A DNA stretch of 64,000 bases from Treponemataceae bacterium (GTDB lineage Bacteria > Spirochaetota > Spirochaetia > Treponematales > Rectinemataceae). The translations under genes were made by a program, and so were the position numbers. Location: contig CAXXGJ010000018.1 of the NCBI GenBank assembly GCA_963677895.2, positions 96,001-160,000 of the forward strand. Reading direction: 5' to 3'. The notes under the pieces were generated by a model, which saw only the letters and a program-made list of their open reading frames with translations, did no database searches and had not been told where the DNA came from. Below are positions 29,617-40,005 of the stretch, in pieces. Position 1 is the first letter of the stretch. Every line of letters starts with the position of its first letter.

Positions 29617-32600
29617 ATGATTTTGGACGCATCGTCGCTCATTCCGGCATTGTCCTTCATTATTTATATCATCTTCATCGTTTTCGGCATTTACAGCCGG
29701 AAAGAGAAAGTCGACACCTCATTCCTTCTCTATATGTTCTTCATGGCATTGTGGAGCTTCGGCTCTTTCATGATGCATGCCAATACGGGGCTTTTTTCTC
29801 CCCTGACCTGGAACAAGGTCATGCTGCTGGGGCTTTTCGGCGGACCGATTTCTTTCATGCAGACGATGATTTATCTTTCCGGCACCGAAAAGAAACGTTA
29901 TCAGGTGTTCCTCTATATCGGCTACATCATCTATTTCTACCTGATTTATCTCAACCTTTCCGGCAAGGTGGTGACCGCGGCGGGCTTCGACGAGAACGGC
30001 TTCTATTATGTCCTCGGCAACGGTTCCATTCTGGCGTATTCGCTGTCCTACTTTTTCCTGGGCCTGTCGATTCTCCTTCTTCTGCGTCAGCTTAAGGCAA
30101 GCGACAATAAGTTCAAGAAGAAGACGCTTCGGCTGCTCATAATCGGCGCCATCATCATCGTGATGGGCGTCGCGGCGAACCTGTACAAGCCTATCGGAAA
30201 GTATCCCATCGACCTCCTCGCGACGACGATCAACGCGGCGATCATCTTCTTCGCGGTCTATAAATACCGTCTCATTCACTACTCCTCGGCGGTGCTCAAC
30301 ATCCTCCTCACTTTCTTCGTGTCGATACTGACGAGCGCCCTCTTCCTCTTTTTCTTCGTGCCGGTTTTTCACATCAACAGCGCGATTCCCTTTCCCAGGG
30401 TGCTTCTCCTGGCCCTGATCCTGGGGTTCATCACCTCCATAATCCTTTCGCCGCTCCGGACGACAACGCTCTCTTTCCTCAAGAGGCTCTATGGCGGCAA
30501 GACCTTTACCTACTATCAGAGCCTGAGGGTGTTCTCGGCCAGCCTCACCTCCATCGTGGACCTCGAAACCCTGGGCAATCTCACCATGGAGAAAATCACC
30601 TCCACCTTCGGCCTCGGATGGGCCCTGATGCTGGTCAACGATTTCAACGACAGGAATTTCAAGCTCAACGTGGCCAAACAGCTGCCTTTCGACGGGCGGA
30701 TCATCGAAGGGCAGGATCAGTCGATCAGCCTGAAGCGCGGAAGCGAGTTCGTCAGGGTATTCGCGGTTCATCAAGGCAGCGAAAAGAGCGAAATGCAGTA
30801 CCTCTACGTACCGCAGACAATGATAGATATCACCCTCGAAAAGGGCGAGATTTCCGAAACCCTGAAGGCCAGCCTCATCCTCCCCCTCAAGTTCAAGGAA
30901 CGCCTGAACGGCTTCGTCATTCTCGGACCGCAGGTCGACAGGGACTATTACAACCAGTTCGATCTGGAAATGCTCCAGCTGCTGAGCGTCCAGTGCTCGG
31001 TGGCCCTGGAAAACGCCATCACCTTCGAGCGGCTGAAACAGCAGCAGAAAAGGCTGCAGAACATCAACAACCAGCTGGAAATCAGCCGGAACAAACTCGA
31101 AGCCTTCTTCGACGGCATCACGACGCCGATCACCATTCAGGACATCAACTACAATATCATCGAAGTGAATTACGCCGCGCGACGCTATTTCGAGAAGTCC
31201 ACCGAGGAACTGATCGGGAACAAGTGCTACAAGATGTTTTTCAACAGGGACCGACCCTGCCTCGAATGTCTGGCGCAGGACTGCCTCCACACGCGCCTGC
31301 CCTTCAACGCGGAGCGGCAGGACGTCAAGGGACTGCTCACCTTCTCGCTCAACTTCTATCCCATACCCGTCCCCAAGACGGCCACGCCCATTTTCCTGGA
31401 GTTCTTCCAGGACATCACCAAGCAGAAGACCCTGCAGGATGAGCTAATCCAGTCGGAAAAGTTAGCCGGCATAGGCACCCTGGTGTCGGGCATCGCGCAT
31501 GAGATCAACAATCCCCTCGGCGCCATCCTGGGCACTGCCGATCTGATGCTCCCCGAGACCGCCGAGGGAAGCAGGCTGCAGGAATATACGCAGGATATCG
31601 CCCGCTACGCCCAGAACGCCGCGGAAGTCATCCAGGACCTCATGGTCTATTCGCGGAAAACGAAGAGCCAGCCCGATATGGTCAATATCGTGACCATTCT
31701 CGAAAATTCCCTCAAGCTCGCCATGCGCGGCATGGATTTCGGCTCGATCACGGTGAAGAAAAACTACAATCAGACGAACGAGGTTCAGGCGAACGCGACC
31801 GAACTGCAGCAGGTTTTCCTCAATCTCATCGTCAACGCGGTGCAGGCCATGAACTCGGACGGAACGCTGACCCTGGCCGCGAAACAGGAAGACGCCGATG
31901 TCATCGTGACCATCAAGGATACGGGCATCGGTATCAAGAAACAGAATCTCGACAAGGTCTTCAATCCCTTCTTCACGACAAAAGATCCCGGAGCCGGCAC
32001 AGGACTGGGGTTGAGCATCGCGCATCACATCGTATCGAAGCTGGGGGGTAGAATCATCATCGACTCGGAAGAAAAGCAAGGCACGACCTTCCAGATCGTC
32101 CTCCCCGCGGCCAACATGGAACGCAACAAGATCCGTTTCGTCCACGCGAAGGATACGCGCCAGCTCGAGGACAGTTTCTATCTGCAGCGCAAGGTTCTCG
32201 TGGGCGAAAAGGGCTATCTGGAGGAAACGATCCACCGGAGCGAGGACGAGAGCGCCTTCCACCTGCTGGCTTACAAGGGAATGCAGCCCGTCGGCACGAC
32301 AACGCTTCATTTGAGCGAAGTGGAGGGCGAAATCCCCATCCAGAGCAATTACGATCTTTCGGATTATATGGACGGCACTCCCTACGCGGAAATAGACAGA
32401 CTGGCTATCATCAGGGAAGAACGCGGCTCGATCGTGCCTTTCAGCCTCATGGTCCTGTCCTACCTCTACATCAGAGGCAAGGGCGTGGACAAGATGTTCC
32501 TCGATGTTTTCAGCGACGAGACAAGGCTTATCCGCATGTACGAAAAGCTGGGTTTCCGGGTGATCGGGACCTACAACAAGCCGCTCGCGTGCACGGTGAT

Positions 32601-32811
32601 GATGCTGAATCACGAATCGAACTACATCGACACGGTTTCGAAGATGGAGCATTTCGTCCAGAGCTTCTTTTCCCGCCTCATCCCCAAGCTGGAGTTCGAC
32701 GGCGAGGACAAGGAATATCTCTACAAGACCATAAACGAGATAAACAAGAAAACCGAAAGGATAGGCGAGAGTTTTGCGCAGGACCCGAAAGAAAGCGACG
32801 CTGAAGCTTAG
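29617..32811 (+). CDS. Membrane sensor histidine kinase (7TM-type N-terminus, GAF, PAS, HisKA, HATPase) with a C-terminal FeeM/LuxI-like GNAT domain
   Basis: About 9 transmembrane helices. [21 protein letters not shown]...VALENA. PAS with KCY..PCLEC. H-box [11 protein letters not shown]-box [29 protein letters not shown]. The last ~225 aa carry PVGTTTL, EIDRLAI, ERG and MYEKLGF. Confidence 0.9.
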   Translation: MILDASSLIPALSFIIYIIFIVFGIYSRKEKVDTSFLLYMFFMALWSFGSFMMHANTGLFSPLTWNKVMLLGLFGGPISFMQTMIYLSGTEKKRYQVFLYIGYIIYFYLIYLNLSGKVVTAAGFDENGFYYVLGNGSILAYSLSYFFLGLSILLLLRQLKASDNKFKKKTLRLLIIGAIIIVMGVAANLYKPIGKYPIDLLATTINAAIIFFAVYKYRLIHYSSAVLNILLTFFVSILTSALFLFFFVPVFHINSAIPFPRVLLLALILGFITSIILSPLRTTTLSFLKRLYGGKTFTYYQSLRVFSASLTSIVDLETLGNLTMEKITSTFGLGWALMLVNDFNDRNFKLNVAKQLPFDGRIIEGQDQSISLKRGSEFVRVFAVHQGSEKSEMQYLYVPQTMIDITLEKGEISETLKASLILPLKFKERLNGFVILGPQVDRDYYNQFDLEMLQLLSVQCSVALENAITFERLKQQQKRLQNINNQLEISRNKLEAFFDGITTPITIQDINYNIIEVNYAARRYFEKSTEELIGNKCYKMFFNRDRPCLECLAQDCLHTRLPFNAERQDVKGLLTFSLNFYPIPVPKTATPIFLEFFQDITKQKTLQDELIQSEKLAGIGTLVSGIAHEINNPLGAILGTADLMLPETAEGSRLQEYTQDIARYAQNAAEVIQDLMVYSRKTKSQPDMVNIVTILENSLKLAMRGMDFGSITVKKNYNQTNEVQANATELQQVFLNLIVNAVQAMNSDGTLTLAAKQEDADVIVTIKDTGIGIKKQNLDKVFNPFFTTKDPGAGTGLGLSIAHHIVSKLGGRIIIDSEEKQGTTFQIVLPAANMERNKIRFVHAKDTRQLEDSFYLQRKVLVGEKGYLEETIHRSEDESAFHLLAYKGMQPVGTTTLHLSEVEGEIPIQSNYDLSDYMDGTPYAEIDRLAIIREERGSIVPFSLMVLSYLYIRGKGVDKMFLDVFSDETRLIRMYEKLGFRVIGTYNKPLACTVMMLNHESNYIDTVSKMEHFVQSFFSRLIPKLEFDGEDKEYLYKTINEINKKTERIGESFAQDPKESDAEA

Positions 32812-32829
32812 CTGAAGCGCCGCCGAAGC

Positions 32830-33903
32830 TTAATAGAATATCGTGCGCTGCGTCCTGGCGGATGAATAGATTCCTTCGATGATTTTCACCGCTTCCATGC
32901 CCTCCTCCCCGGTGACCTTGGGTCTTGTGCCCGCGGCCGCGGCCTGGGCGAAATCGTCGATCTGAAGCGAGAAAAAATACCAGGTCGGCTCGATTTTCGA
33001 AAAGAATTCCTCATCTTCGCGTTTCCACACCTCAATCATCTTTTCCTGGCCTGGAATGGTCCAAATGTCGTTGTAGGGCGGCTCCAGGACGCCGCTCATC
33101 CCGGCGATGAACATGGCGCCGCCGTCGGTCTGCACGCCCGCCGAGGCGCCCGTGCTTCCATGCACGCATACCTTGGCGAAAATGCCGGGCTTCTGGGAAT
33201 TGGAGACGAAGATGGAGCCGAGGCCGCCGTTCTTGAAGTGGACGGTCGCGACGGCGCTGTCGTCTACTTCGATATAGGGATGGTTGGCGTTGATCCAGCT
33301 GCCGGATACGCCCGAGACGGAACCCATGTACCAGGAGAGGAGGTCGAACTGGTGGGGAGCCTGGTTGACGATGACGCCGCCGCCCTCGTGTTCCCAGGTG
33401 CCGCGCCAGGGATCGGAGTTGTAGTAGGCTTCGTCGCGCCAGCCCAGGATGGTGACCTGGCCGAGGAGGGGGGAGCCGAGGAGGCCTTCGTCGATGGCGC
33501 GCCTGATGCGCAGGGTGGAGGGGTACCAGCGGCGCTGGCAGATGACGCCGAGATTGCGATGGGCGGCGAGGGCGGCGGCGTTCATGGCGTCGCAGTCGGC
33601 GACATGGAGGGCCATGGGCTTTTCGACGAGGGTGTGGAGTCCGGCGCCCAGGCATTCGATGGCGCAGGCGGCATGGAGCGGATGGGGGGTGGTGACGATG
33701 ACGGCCTGGATGCCGTCGCGGTCGGCCATCTCGGCGGCCGAAGAGCGCGCCTCGATGCCCCAGCTCTTCGCGAAGGCTTGGGCTTTGGCCGCGTCGCGTC
33801 CGCAGACCGAGACGAGGGTGGCGTTTTCGCTCGCGGCGATGGCTTTCGCGTGGAGCTGGGCTACCTTGCCGTATCCGTAGAGGCCGAATTTTATCTTGCC
33901 CAT
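32830..33903 (-). CDS. Gfo/Idh/MocA-family oxidoreductase
   Basis: GLYGYGKVA, TTPHPLH, VEKPMA, WRGTW and GGGVIVNQAPHQFD. Confidence 0.92.
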   Translation of the reverse strand: MGKIKFGLYGYGKVAQLHAKAIAASENATLVSVCGRDAAKAQAFAKSWGIEARSSAAEMADRDGIQAVIVTTPHPLHAACAIECLGAGLHTLVEKPMALHVADCDAMNAAALAAHRNLGVICQRRWYPSTLRIRRAIDEGLLGSPLLGQVTILGWRDEAYYNSDPWRGTWEHEGGGVIVNQAPHQFDLLSWYMGSVSGVSGSWINANHPYIEVDDSAVATVHFKNGGLGSIFVSNSQKPGIFAKVCVHGSTGASAGVQTDGGAMFIAGMSGVLEPPYNDIWTIPGQEKMIEVWKREDEEFFSKIEPTWYFFSLQIDDFAQAAAAGTRPKVTGEEGMEAVKIIEGIYSSARTQRTIFY

Positions 33904-34016
33904 GCCTTGTTTCCTCCTGGATTCAATGGGGTCATCGATGGGGCCGGCGGCACTGGTGCCCCGGCGTTGCTAAGGGGGCTCTAGCGCCGCGAGGGGATGC
34001 CCCGGCGCCGCCGACT

Positions 34017-35051
34017 TCAGGGCTCGAGCACGACTTTGAGCAGGCCTTTTTCGCGGGCGTGGAGCCTGGCGAACCAGGAGGCTCCCTCGGAGAGCGGCGC
34101 GACCGCGCTTATTATGGACTTCGCGTCGATCTTGCCGCGCGCGAGGAGGTCGAGCACGAGGGGGTATTCGCCCGCCATGGCGCAGGAACCATAGAGGGTG
34201 AGCTGCCGCGTGACGATGGCCTGGAGCGGCATTTCCACGCTGGGGCTCACGTTGCCGATGAGGGTGACGGAGCCGCCCTTGCGCAGGGCGCCGATCGCGG
34301 TAGCGATCGGCGCCGAAGCGCCCACCGCCTCGAAGGCGCGGTCGAAACCGCGGCCGCCCGAGAGTTCGAGGATGGCGGCCTTGGTCGCGGGGGAGGCGGG
34401 GTCGAGGGCGGCCGACGCGCCTGCCGCGAGGGCGGCAGCCCTCCGTTCGGGGTCGGTTTCCAGCGCGAGGATCGTGCCGGCGGAATGAGCCCTCAGTATC
34501 TGGATGAGAAGGAGCCCGATAAGCCCGGCGCCCACCACGACGAGAGAATCGCCCATCTTTATGGGGGTGATGGCGGCCGCGTGGGCCGCGACCGCAGCCG
34601 GTTCCGCGATCGAGGCGGCCGCGAAATCCAGGGCTTCGGGCATCCTGTAGAGAATCCTCTTGGGAAGGACGATATATTCGGCGAAGGTGCCGTCCCGCCG
34701 GTAATCGCCGCAGGAGACGCCGAGCACCTTCCTGTTGTCGCAGAGGTTCACCTCGCCGCGTTTGCAGTAGAAGCACTCCCCGCAATATTCTGTGGAATCG
34801 AAGGTGACGCGGTCTCCCACCCTGAAATCCCTGACACCGGCGCCCGCCTCGACTATTTCTCCCGAGGCTTCATGTCCCATCACGACGGGAGGAATGCGTC
34901 TTCCCGTCGAGCCGTCCATACCGTGGACATCCGAACCGCAGATGGCTGCCGCCCGCACCCTGACGAGCACGTCGTTTTCATCCCGCAGTTTTGGGTCAGG
35001 ATAATCGCGGAAGGAAAACTTCATGTAATCTTCGAGTACGAGCGCTTTCAC
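34017..35051 (-). CDS. Zn-dependent sugar-alcohol/sugar-acid dehydrogenase (MDR family)
   Basis: ICGSDVH, MGHEASG, structural Zn site CGECFYC..NLC, and VVGAGLIG. GTG start overlaps the upstream stop. Confidence 0.92.
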   Translation of the reverse strand: MKALVLEDYMKFSFRDYPDPKLRDENDVLVRVRAAAICGSDVHGMDGSTGRRIPPVVMGHEASGEIVEAGAGVRDFRVGDRVTFDSTEYCGECFYCKRGEVNLCDNRKVLGVSCGDYRRDGTFAEYIVLPKRILYRMPEALDFAAASIAEPAAVAAHAAAITPIKMGDSLVVVGAGLIGLLLIQILRAHSAGTILALETDPERRAAALAAGASAALDPASPATKAAILELSGGRGFDRAFEAVGASAPIATAIGALRKGGSVTLIGNVSPSVEMPLQAIVTRQLTLYGSCAMAGEYPLVLDLLARGKIDAKSIISAVAPLSEGASWFARLHAREKGLLKVVLEP

Positions 35052-36133
35052 CGCTGAATCCTCGCCGATCCGCCCTTCGCGAAAGAAACGACCTGATCGA
35101 GGGTAGCCATGGTCGTGTCGCCGGGGAAGGTCGTGAGGAGGGCGCCGTGAGCCCAGCCAAGGGCAAGCGCTTCCTGCGGATCTTTGTCTTCGAGCAGACC
35201 GTAGATGAGGCCGGCCGCGAAACCGTCGCCGCCGCCCACGCGGTCGTACACGTCGAGCTCGGCGGTCGGAGCCGCGTAGCGCTCGCCCTCCAGCCAGAGA
35301 ACGGCGCTCCAGAGATGGCGGTTGGTGGACTTGACGTCGCGCAGGGTCGTGGCCACCGCCTTCACGTTCGGCCAGCGCGCCGTGACTTCCTCGATCGTCC
35401 TGTAGAAAGCCTCGGGATCGAGCTTCGAGGCCTTGTGGATGTCGGGTCCCTTCAGGCCCAAACCCATCTGGAGATCTTCCTCGTTGCCGACGAGCACGTC
35501 GACCTGTTCGGCGATGCGGCCGAGAATCTCGGGGGCCGAGGCGGAAGAGCCGTTGGCCGCCCAGAGCTTGGCCCTGTAGTTGAGGTCGAAGGAGACGATG
35601 GCGCCCGCTTTCCTGGCGGCCTTCATCGCCTCGATGACGAGTTCGGGCGTCGTCGCCGAGAGGGCGGAGAAGATGCCGCCCGAATGGAACCAGCGTAAGC
35701 CCTTGGAGAAAATGGCGTCCCAGTCGAAATCGCCCGGCTTGAGAAGGGCCGCCGCCTCGTTCGCCCTGTTATAGAAGACGACGGGAGCCCGCACGCCCTG
35801 TCCCCTGTCGGACCAGACCTGGGCCATGTTCGGGCCGCGCACGCCATCGTGCCTGAAACGCTTGTATATGCCCTGGACGTTCATCTTGCGGGCTTCGCTC
35901 TCGATCTTGGCGCCGATCGGGTAGTCCACCATGGCGCTCGCGATGGCCGTATTCTGGCCGAAGCAGCGGGCGAGGTTAGCCGCGACGTTGAACTCGCCGC
36001 CCGACACATGGATCTGGTAGGTATCCGCGAAGCCGAAGGGAACGATGCCCGGATCGAGCCTCGTGACGAGGGCGCCCAAGGCGAGAAAATCGAGGGAATC
36101 CGCCTTCTTGGGCGGAATTTTCATGGCTGACAT
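35048..36133 (-). CDS. PfkB-family sugar kinase (KDG-kinase-like)
   Basis: GGEFNVA, SFDLNYRAKLW, GNEED and DRVGGGDGFAAG. Confidence 0.9.
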   Translation of the reverse strand: MSAMKIPPKKADSLDFLALGALVTRLDPGIVPFGFADTYQIHVSGGEFNVAANLARCFGQNTAIASAMVDYPIGAKIESEARKMNVQGIYKRFRHDGVRGPNMAQVWSDRGQGVRAPVVFYNRANEAAALLKPGDFDWDAIFSKGLRWFHSGGIFSALSATTPELVIEAMKAARKAGAIVSFDLNYRAKLWAANGSSASAPEILGRIAEQVDVLVGNEEDLQMGLGLKGPDIHKASKLDPEAFYRTIEEVTARWPNVKAVATTLRDVKSTNRHLWSAVLWLEGERYAAPTAELDVYDRVGGGDGFAAGLIYGLLEDKDPQEALALGWAHGALLTTFPGDTTMATLDQVVSFAKGGSARIQR

Positions 36134-36146
36134 TCTATGTACCTCC

Positions 36147-37598
36147 TCAAGCTGTATAGGTGGATGCCGCGGTCGAACCGCCGTGACCGGTCCAGTTCGT
36201 ATGGAAGAATTCGCCGCGCGGCCTGTCGATCCTTTCGTAGGTGTGGGCGCCGAAATAGTCCCTCTGGGCTTGCAGCAGATTGGCGGGGAGCGTTTCGGTC
36301 CTCAGACCGTCATAATATGAAAGAGCCGTATAGAGCGCCGGAGCGGGGATTCCCGACATGGCGCATTCCGCGACGACCCTGCGCCAGCTGTCCTGACTGG
36401 CCGCGAGCTTCTTAGCGAAGAAGGGGGCGAGAATGAGGTTCACCAGCTTTCCGTCCGCGTCGAAGGCTTCCTTGATCCTGCCGAGGAAAATCGAGCGGAT
36501 GATGCATCCGCCTCTCCACATGAGGGCGATGGAACCGAAGTCGAGCGTCCAGCCGTATTCCTTGGCCGCTTCCTTCATGAGAAGGAAACCCTGGGCATAG
36601 GAAACAACCTTCGCGGCATAGAGCGCCGCGCCCAGGTCGGCGAGGAAGGCTTCCCTATCGCCTTTGAATGGCTTGATCGCCGGTCCTTTCAGGATCGTGG
36701 ACGCCGCCACGCGGTCGTTTTTCGCCGCAGAGAGACAGCGGGCGAATACGGATTCGCCGATGAGCGTAAGAGGAATGCCGAAATCCAGCGCCGCGATGCC
36801 GGCCCATTTTCCCGTGCCCTTCTGGCCCGCGGTGTCGAGAATCTTGCGTACGAGAGGCTGTCCATCCTCGTCCTTGAATTTCAGGATGTCCCTGGTTATT
36901 TCCACAAGATAGGAGTCGAGGTCACCCTTGTTCCACTTCGCGAAAACCGCGCTCATCTCGTCTTCTTGCATGCCGAGCTTGTCGCGCATGATCTGGTAGA
37001 CCTCGCAGATAAGCTGCATGTCGCCGTACTCTATGCCGTTGTGGACCATCTTCACGAAATGCCCGGCTCCGTCGGATCCCACCCAGTCGCAGCAGGGGCT
37101 CCCGTCCTCGACCTTGGCGGCGATAGCCTGGAAGATAGGCTTTATGAAGGGCCAGGCCGCGGCCGATCCTCCCGGCATAAGGGAAGGCCCCAGGAGAGCG
37201 CCTTCCTCGCCGCCGGAAACGCCGGTGCCGATATAGAGGAAGCCCTTCGCCTCCACTTCCTTGCAGCGCCGCATGGTGTCCTGGTAATTCGAGTTGCCGC
37301 CGTCGATAATGATGTCGCCCTTGTCGAGATGGGGCAGTAGCTGGGCTATCGTGTCATCCACCGCCTGGCCCGCCTTGACCATCATCATGACCTTGCGGGG
37401 CGAGCCGAGCATTCCCGCGAGCTCTGCCGGCGAATGCGCGCCACGAATCTTTTTGCCCGCGCCCCTGCCCGCGATAAAATCGTCGACCTTGCTGGTCGTC
37501 CGATTGTAGACCGCCACGGAAAAACCTTTGCTTTCCATGTTGAGCACGAGGTTTTCCCCCATCACCGCGAGTCCTATCAGGCCAATGTCAGATTTCAT
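36147..37598 (-). CDS. gnd: 6-phosphogluconate dehydrogenase, decarboxylating
   Basis: IGLAVMGENL, YNRT, MVKAG, DGGN, VSGGEEGA, KMVHNGIEYGDMQ, GQKGTG and QAQRDYFGAH. Confidence 0.97.
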   Translation of the reverse strand: MKSDIGLIGLAVMGENLVLNMESKGFSVAVYNRTTSKVDDFIAGRGAGKKIRGAHSPAELAGMLGSPRKVMMMVKAGQAVDDTIAQLLPHLDKGDIIIDGGNSNYQDTMRRCKEVEAKGFLYIGTGVSGGEEGALLGPSLMPGGSAAAWPFIKPIFQAIAAKVEDGSPCCDWVGSDGAGHFVKMVHNGIEYGDMQLICEVYQIMRDKLGMQEDEMSAVFAKWNKGDLDSYLVEITRDILKFKDEDGQPLVRKILDTAGQKGTGKWAGIAALDFGIPLTLIGESVFARCLSAAKNDRVAASTILKGPAIKPFKGDREAFLADLGAALYAAKVVSYAQGFLLMKEAAKEYGWTLDFGSIALMWRGGCIIRSIFLGRIKEAFDADGKLVNLILAPFFAKKLAASQDSWRRVVAECAMSGIPAPALYTALSYYDGLRTETLPANLLQAQRDYFGAHTYERIDRPRGEFFHTNWTGHGGSTAASTYTA

Positions 37599-37619
37599 AT
37601 TTCCTCCATCCATATTCTA

Positions 37620-38462
37620 TTATATTCTTCTGCCGGCTATCGCCGAACGCATTTTCTCGACATTTTTCAGGCCTTTTTCCTTGAGGAACTCCATGGTTTC
37701 TATATAGAGCGCATCGATGATGGCCAGCTGGGCTATCCTGGCCGAGAAAGCCTCCGAGATGACTTTGGCTCCCGGCGCGGCCGAGAGCAGCACGAAATCG
37801 GCGGCTCTGGCCAGGGGCGAAAGATGGTAAGTCGTGATGGCCGCCACCTTGCATCCCGTTTTTTTCAGCACGTCCACGATGGCTAGGGTGTCCTTGTTGG
37901 CGCCGGTGTTGGAGATGACGAGGGCGATGTCCCCGTTCCCGGCCTGAGAGGCCACCATGAGCTGGAGATGGAAGTCCTCGGCCGTCTGGCAGCGAATGCC
38001 GGATCGTATGAATTTATGGAAGGCATCCTTGGCGACGACGCCCGAGCCTCCAAGTCCGAAGATGAAAAACGCCGGAGCTTCGCAGGCCAATCGGGCTATT
38101 TCCTGGATCTGCCCCCTGTCCAGCAGTTTTTCCGTCATGTCCAGGGCGCTTCTGGCCGCGCCGAAGGCCACGACGACGGGGTCCTCGGAATCTGTCACGG
38201 CGGTTTCGTAATAGCGGGATTCGAGCGCGAAGGTTTCCGTGGCGAGCGCGATCCTGAACTGCTGGTAGCTCTCATACCCGAGTTTTTTGACGAAGCGGAG
38301 CAGGGTGGATACCGACACGCCTATGTTCGACGCGAGTTCGTCGATGCTTGGGTGAACGGCTTCGGCAGGTCGCGAAAGGATGTATTCGGCGACGGTGCTT
38401 TCCTTTCCGCTCAAGCCGTCTTTCAGCGAATGTATGAGGTAGATGCAACTTGGCTCAGCCAT
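37620..38462 (-). CDS. RpiR/MurR-family regulator (HTH plus SIS domain)
   Basis: SIDELASNIGVSVSTLLRFVKKLGYESY, FGLGGSG and ISNTG. Confidence 0.92.
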   Translation of the reverse strand: MAEPSCIYLIHSLKDGLSGKESTVAEYILSRPAEAVHPSIDELASNIGVSVSTLLRFVKKLGYESYQQFRIALATETFALESRYYETAVTDSEDPVVVAFGAARSALDMTEKLLDRGQIQEIARLACEAPAFFIFGLGGSGVVAKDAFHKFIRSGIRCQTAEDFHLQLMVASQAGNGDIALVISNTGANKDTLAIVDVLKKTGCKVAAITTYHLSPLARAADFVLLSAAPGAKVISEAFSARIAQLAIIDALYIETMEFLKEKGLKNVEKMRSAIAGRRI

Positions 38463-38513
38463 TCCGCCACTCCATAATCTTGTTGTACCATCGACCTTCC
38501 TTTGTGTAAAGTA

Positions 38514-38593
38514 TATCGTGAAAAAAATATTCTTTCAAAAGAAAATAATTTTCATTTTGGAAACTTGACGGCAAAGGGAAAGGATAGGATACT
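38514..38593. promoter_or_regulatory. Divergent control region: putative RpiR operator(s) plus the ABC-operon promoter
   Basis: Perfect GAAAAT-A-ATTTTC palindrome (38541-38553) with a degenerate GAAAAAAATATTCTTTC just upstream. TTGACG (38565-38570), 17 bp, GATACT. Confidence 0.55.
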
Positions 38594-38633
38594 ACAAAAT
38601 AGCTTTACCGTACTTTATCTGAAGGAGGCCTTC

Positions 38634-39884
38634 ATGAAAGTCAAGTTTATCGCGCTTGCGCTGATGCTCGCCGTAGTATTGGGAGCCGGCGCCCAAGCCA
38701 AGGAAATCCGCGTCCTGCTCGCCAACCATCCCTACGGCGATCTGCTGAAAGCGGCTATCCCCGAATACGAAAAGGCGACCGGCGTCAAAGTGAATGTCGA
38801 GAGCCTTCAGGAGAGCCAGCTGACAACGAAGCTGACCACTGAGTTCGCCACCAATTCCTCCTCGGCCGATGTCTTCATGACTCGTCCCCTGCAGGAAGGC
38901 AAGATGTTCTACAAGAACGGCTGGTACGAACCTCTCTCGACCTACGATTTCGCCGACTATCCCAACAGCGCGATGGGAGTGGCCAGGTTCGGCAACAAGC
39001 CCTACCTCGTTCCCCTCGTCACCGAGTGGCAGGTTCTTTATTACAGAAAAGATCTCTTCAAGAAAGCAGGTCTTTCCGTTCCCAAGACCTTCGCCGAACT
39101 CGAAGCCGCGGCTAAGGCGCTGGATTCTCTTGACGTGGCGGGATTCGCCTCCCGCGGCAAAGGCGCCGCGGCCGTAACCCAGCTCTCCAGCTACATTTAT
39201 AGCTATGGCGGAGCCTATCTCGACAAGGGCGTGGCAGTGTTCGATTCCCCCGAAGCGCTCGAAGCCATCAGATTCTACGGCAAGATGCTGGCTCTCTACG
39301 GTCCGAAGGGTGTCACGTCGATGTCCTGGGAGAATATCATGCCTCTCGTCCAGGCAGGCAAGGTGGCCATGTGGACGGACGCTTCGGTCTTCTACGGCCA
39401 GATCGTCGATCCCGCGAAGAGCCAGGTGACAGCGGCCGATGTGGGCATCGCCAATCTGCCCGCGGGCCCCAAGGCCGGCAATCCCTTCTTCGTCGTTTCG
39501 TGGGGAATGGCCGTCGCCCGTCAGTCCAAGAACAAGGCTGCCGCGATGGACTTCATCAAATGGGCGACCAGCGCCGATCTCGCCAAAAAAGCCCTCATCG
39601 CCAGCATTCCGATGTCGCGCAACTCGGCCTGGGCGGATCCCGAAGCTCGCGCCAAGGCCAATCCCGAGCTTGTCGCTTCCCAGGCCTATGCGGCCAAGAA
39701 CGGCAATCCCTTCGATCGCCCCTACATGAGCGCCGTCGGCAACGCCCGCGATCTCATCGGCGAAGTGATCATCGAATCCATCAACACGGCAGGCGCTTCC
39801 CAGTCTCTCGCCGCTCTGGCGAAAGCGAAAGTAAAGGCTGTCAACGAACTCCTCGAGGACACCGGAGAATACGGCGTCTACTGA
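38634..39884 (+). CDS. Carbohydrate ABC transporter substrate-binding protein
   Basis: AAGGAGG RBS, signal peptide ending AQA, and CUT1-type motifs EKATGVKV, LYYRKDLF and PKTFAEL. Confidence 0.92.
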   Translation: MKVKFIALALMLAVVLGAGAQAKEIRVLLANHPYGDLLKAAIPEYEKATGVKVNVESLQESQLTTKLTTEFATNSSSADVFMTRPLQEGKMFYKNGWYEPLSTYDFADYPNSAMGVARFGNKPYLVPLVTEWQVLYYRKDLFKKAGLSVPKTFAELEAAAKALDSLDVAGFASRGKGAAAVTQLSSYIYSYGGAYLDKGVAVFDSPEALEAIRFYGKMLALYGPKGVTSMSWENIMPLVQAGKVAMWTDASVFYGQIVDPAKSQVTAADVGIANLPAGPKAGNPFFVVSWGMAVARQSKNKAAAMDFIKWATSADLAKKALIASIPMSRNSAWADPEARAKANPELVASQAYAAKNGNPFDRPYMSAVGNARDLIGEVIIESINTAGASQSLAALAKAKVKAVNELLEDTGEYGVY

Positions 39885-39904
39885 TCCAATTTTCTGAACA
39901 GCTG

Positions 39905-39934
39905 AGGCGGGCTGGAGGAATCCGGCCCGCTTTT
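39905..39934 (+). terminator. Stem-loop after the binding-protein gene (partial terminator or mRNA stabiliser)
   Basis: AGGCGGGCTGGA-GGAA-TCCGGCCCGCTTTT. Confidence 0.6.
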
Positions 39935-40005
39935 GCCTGTCTCGCAGGCTTCCGCCTGTCCGCCCGCTTTTTCTACTATTCACGTTTTGCCTGCCGGAGG
40001 ATGCC

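Noticed and set aside
32800..32832. Short GCTGAAGCTTA-like repeats between the kinase and oxidoreductase stops
   Set aside because: Only 8-11 bp and irregular; not enough to call a target-site duplication or att site.
33160..33900. Locally very high GC3 and purine-skewed stretch suggesting foreign DNA
   Set aside because: It lies within one ordinary gene of a coherent operon, has no mobility signatures, and I cannot quantify the shift by eye.
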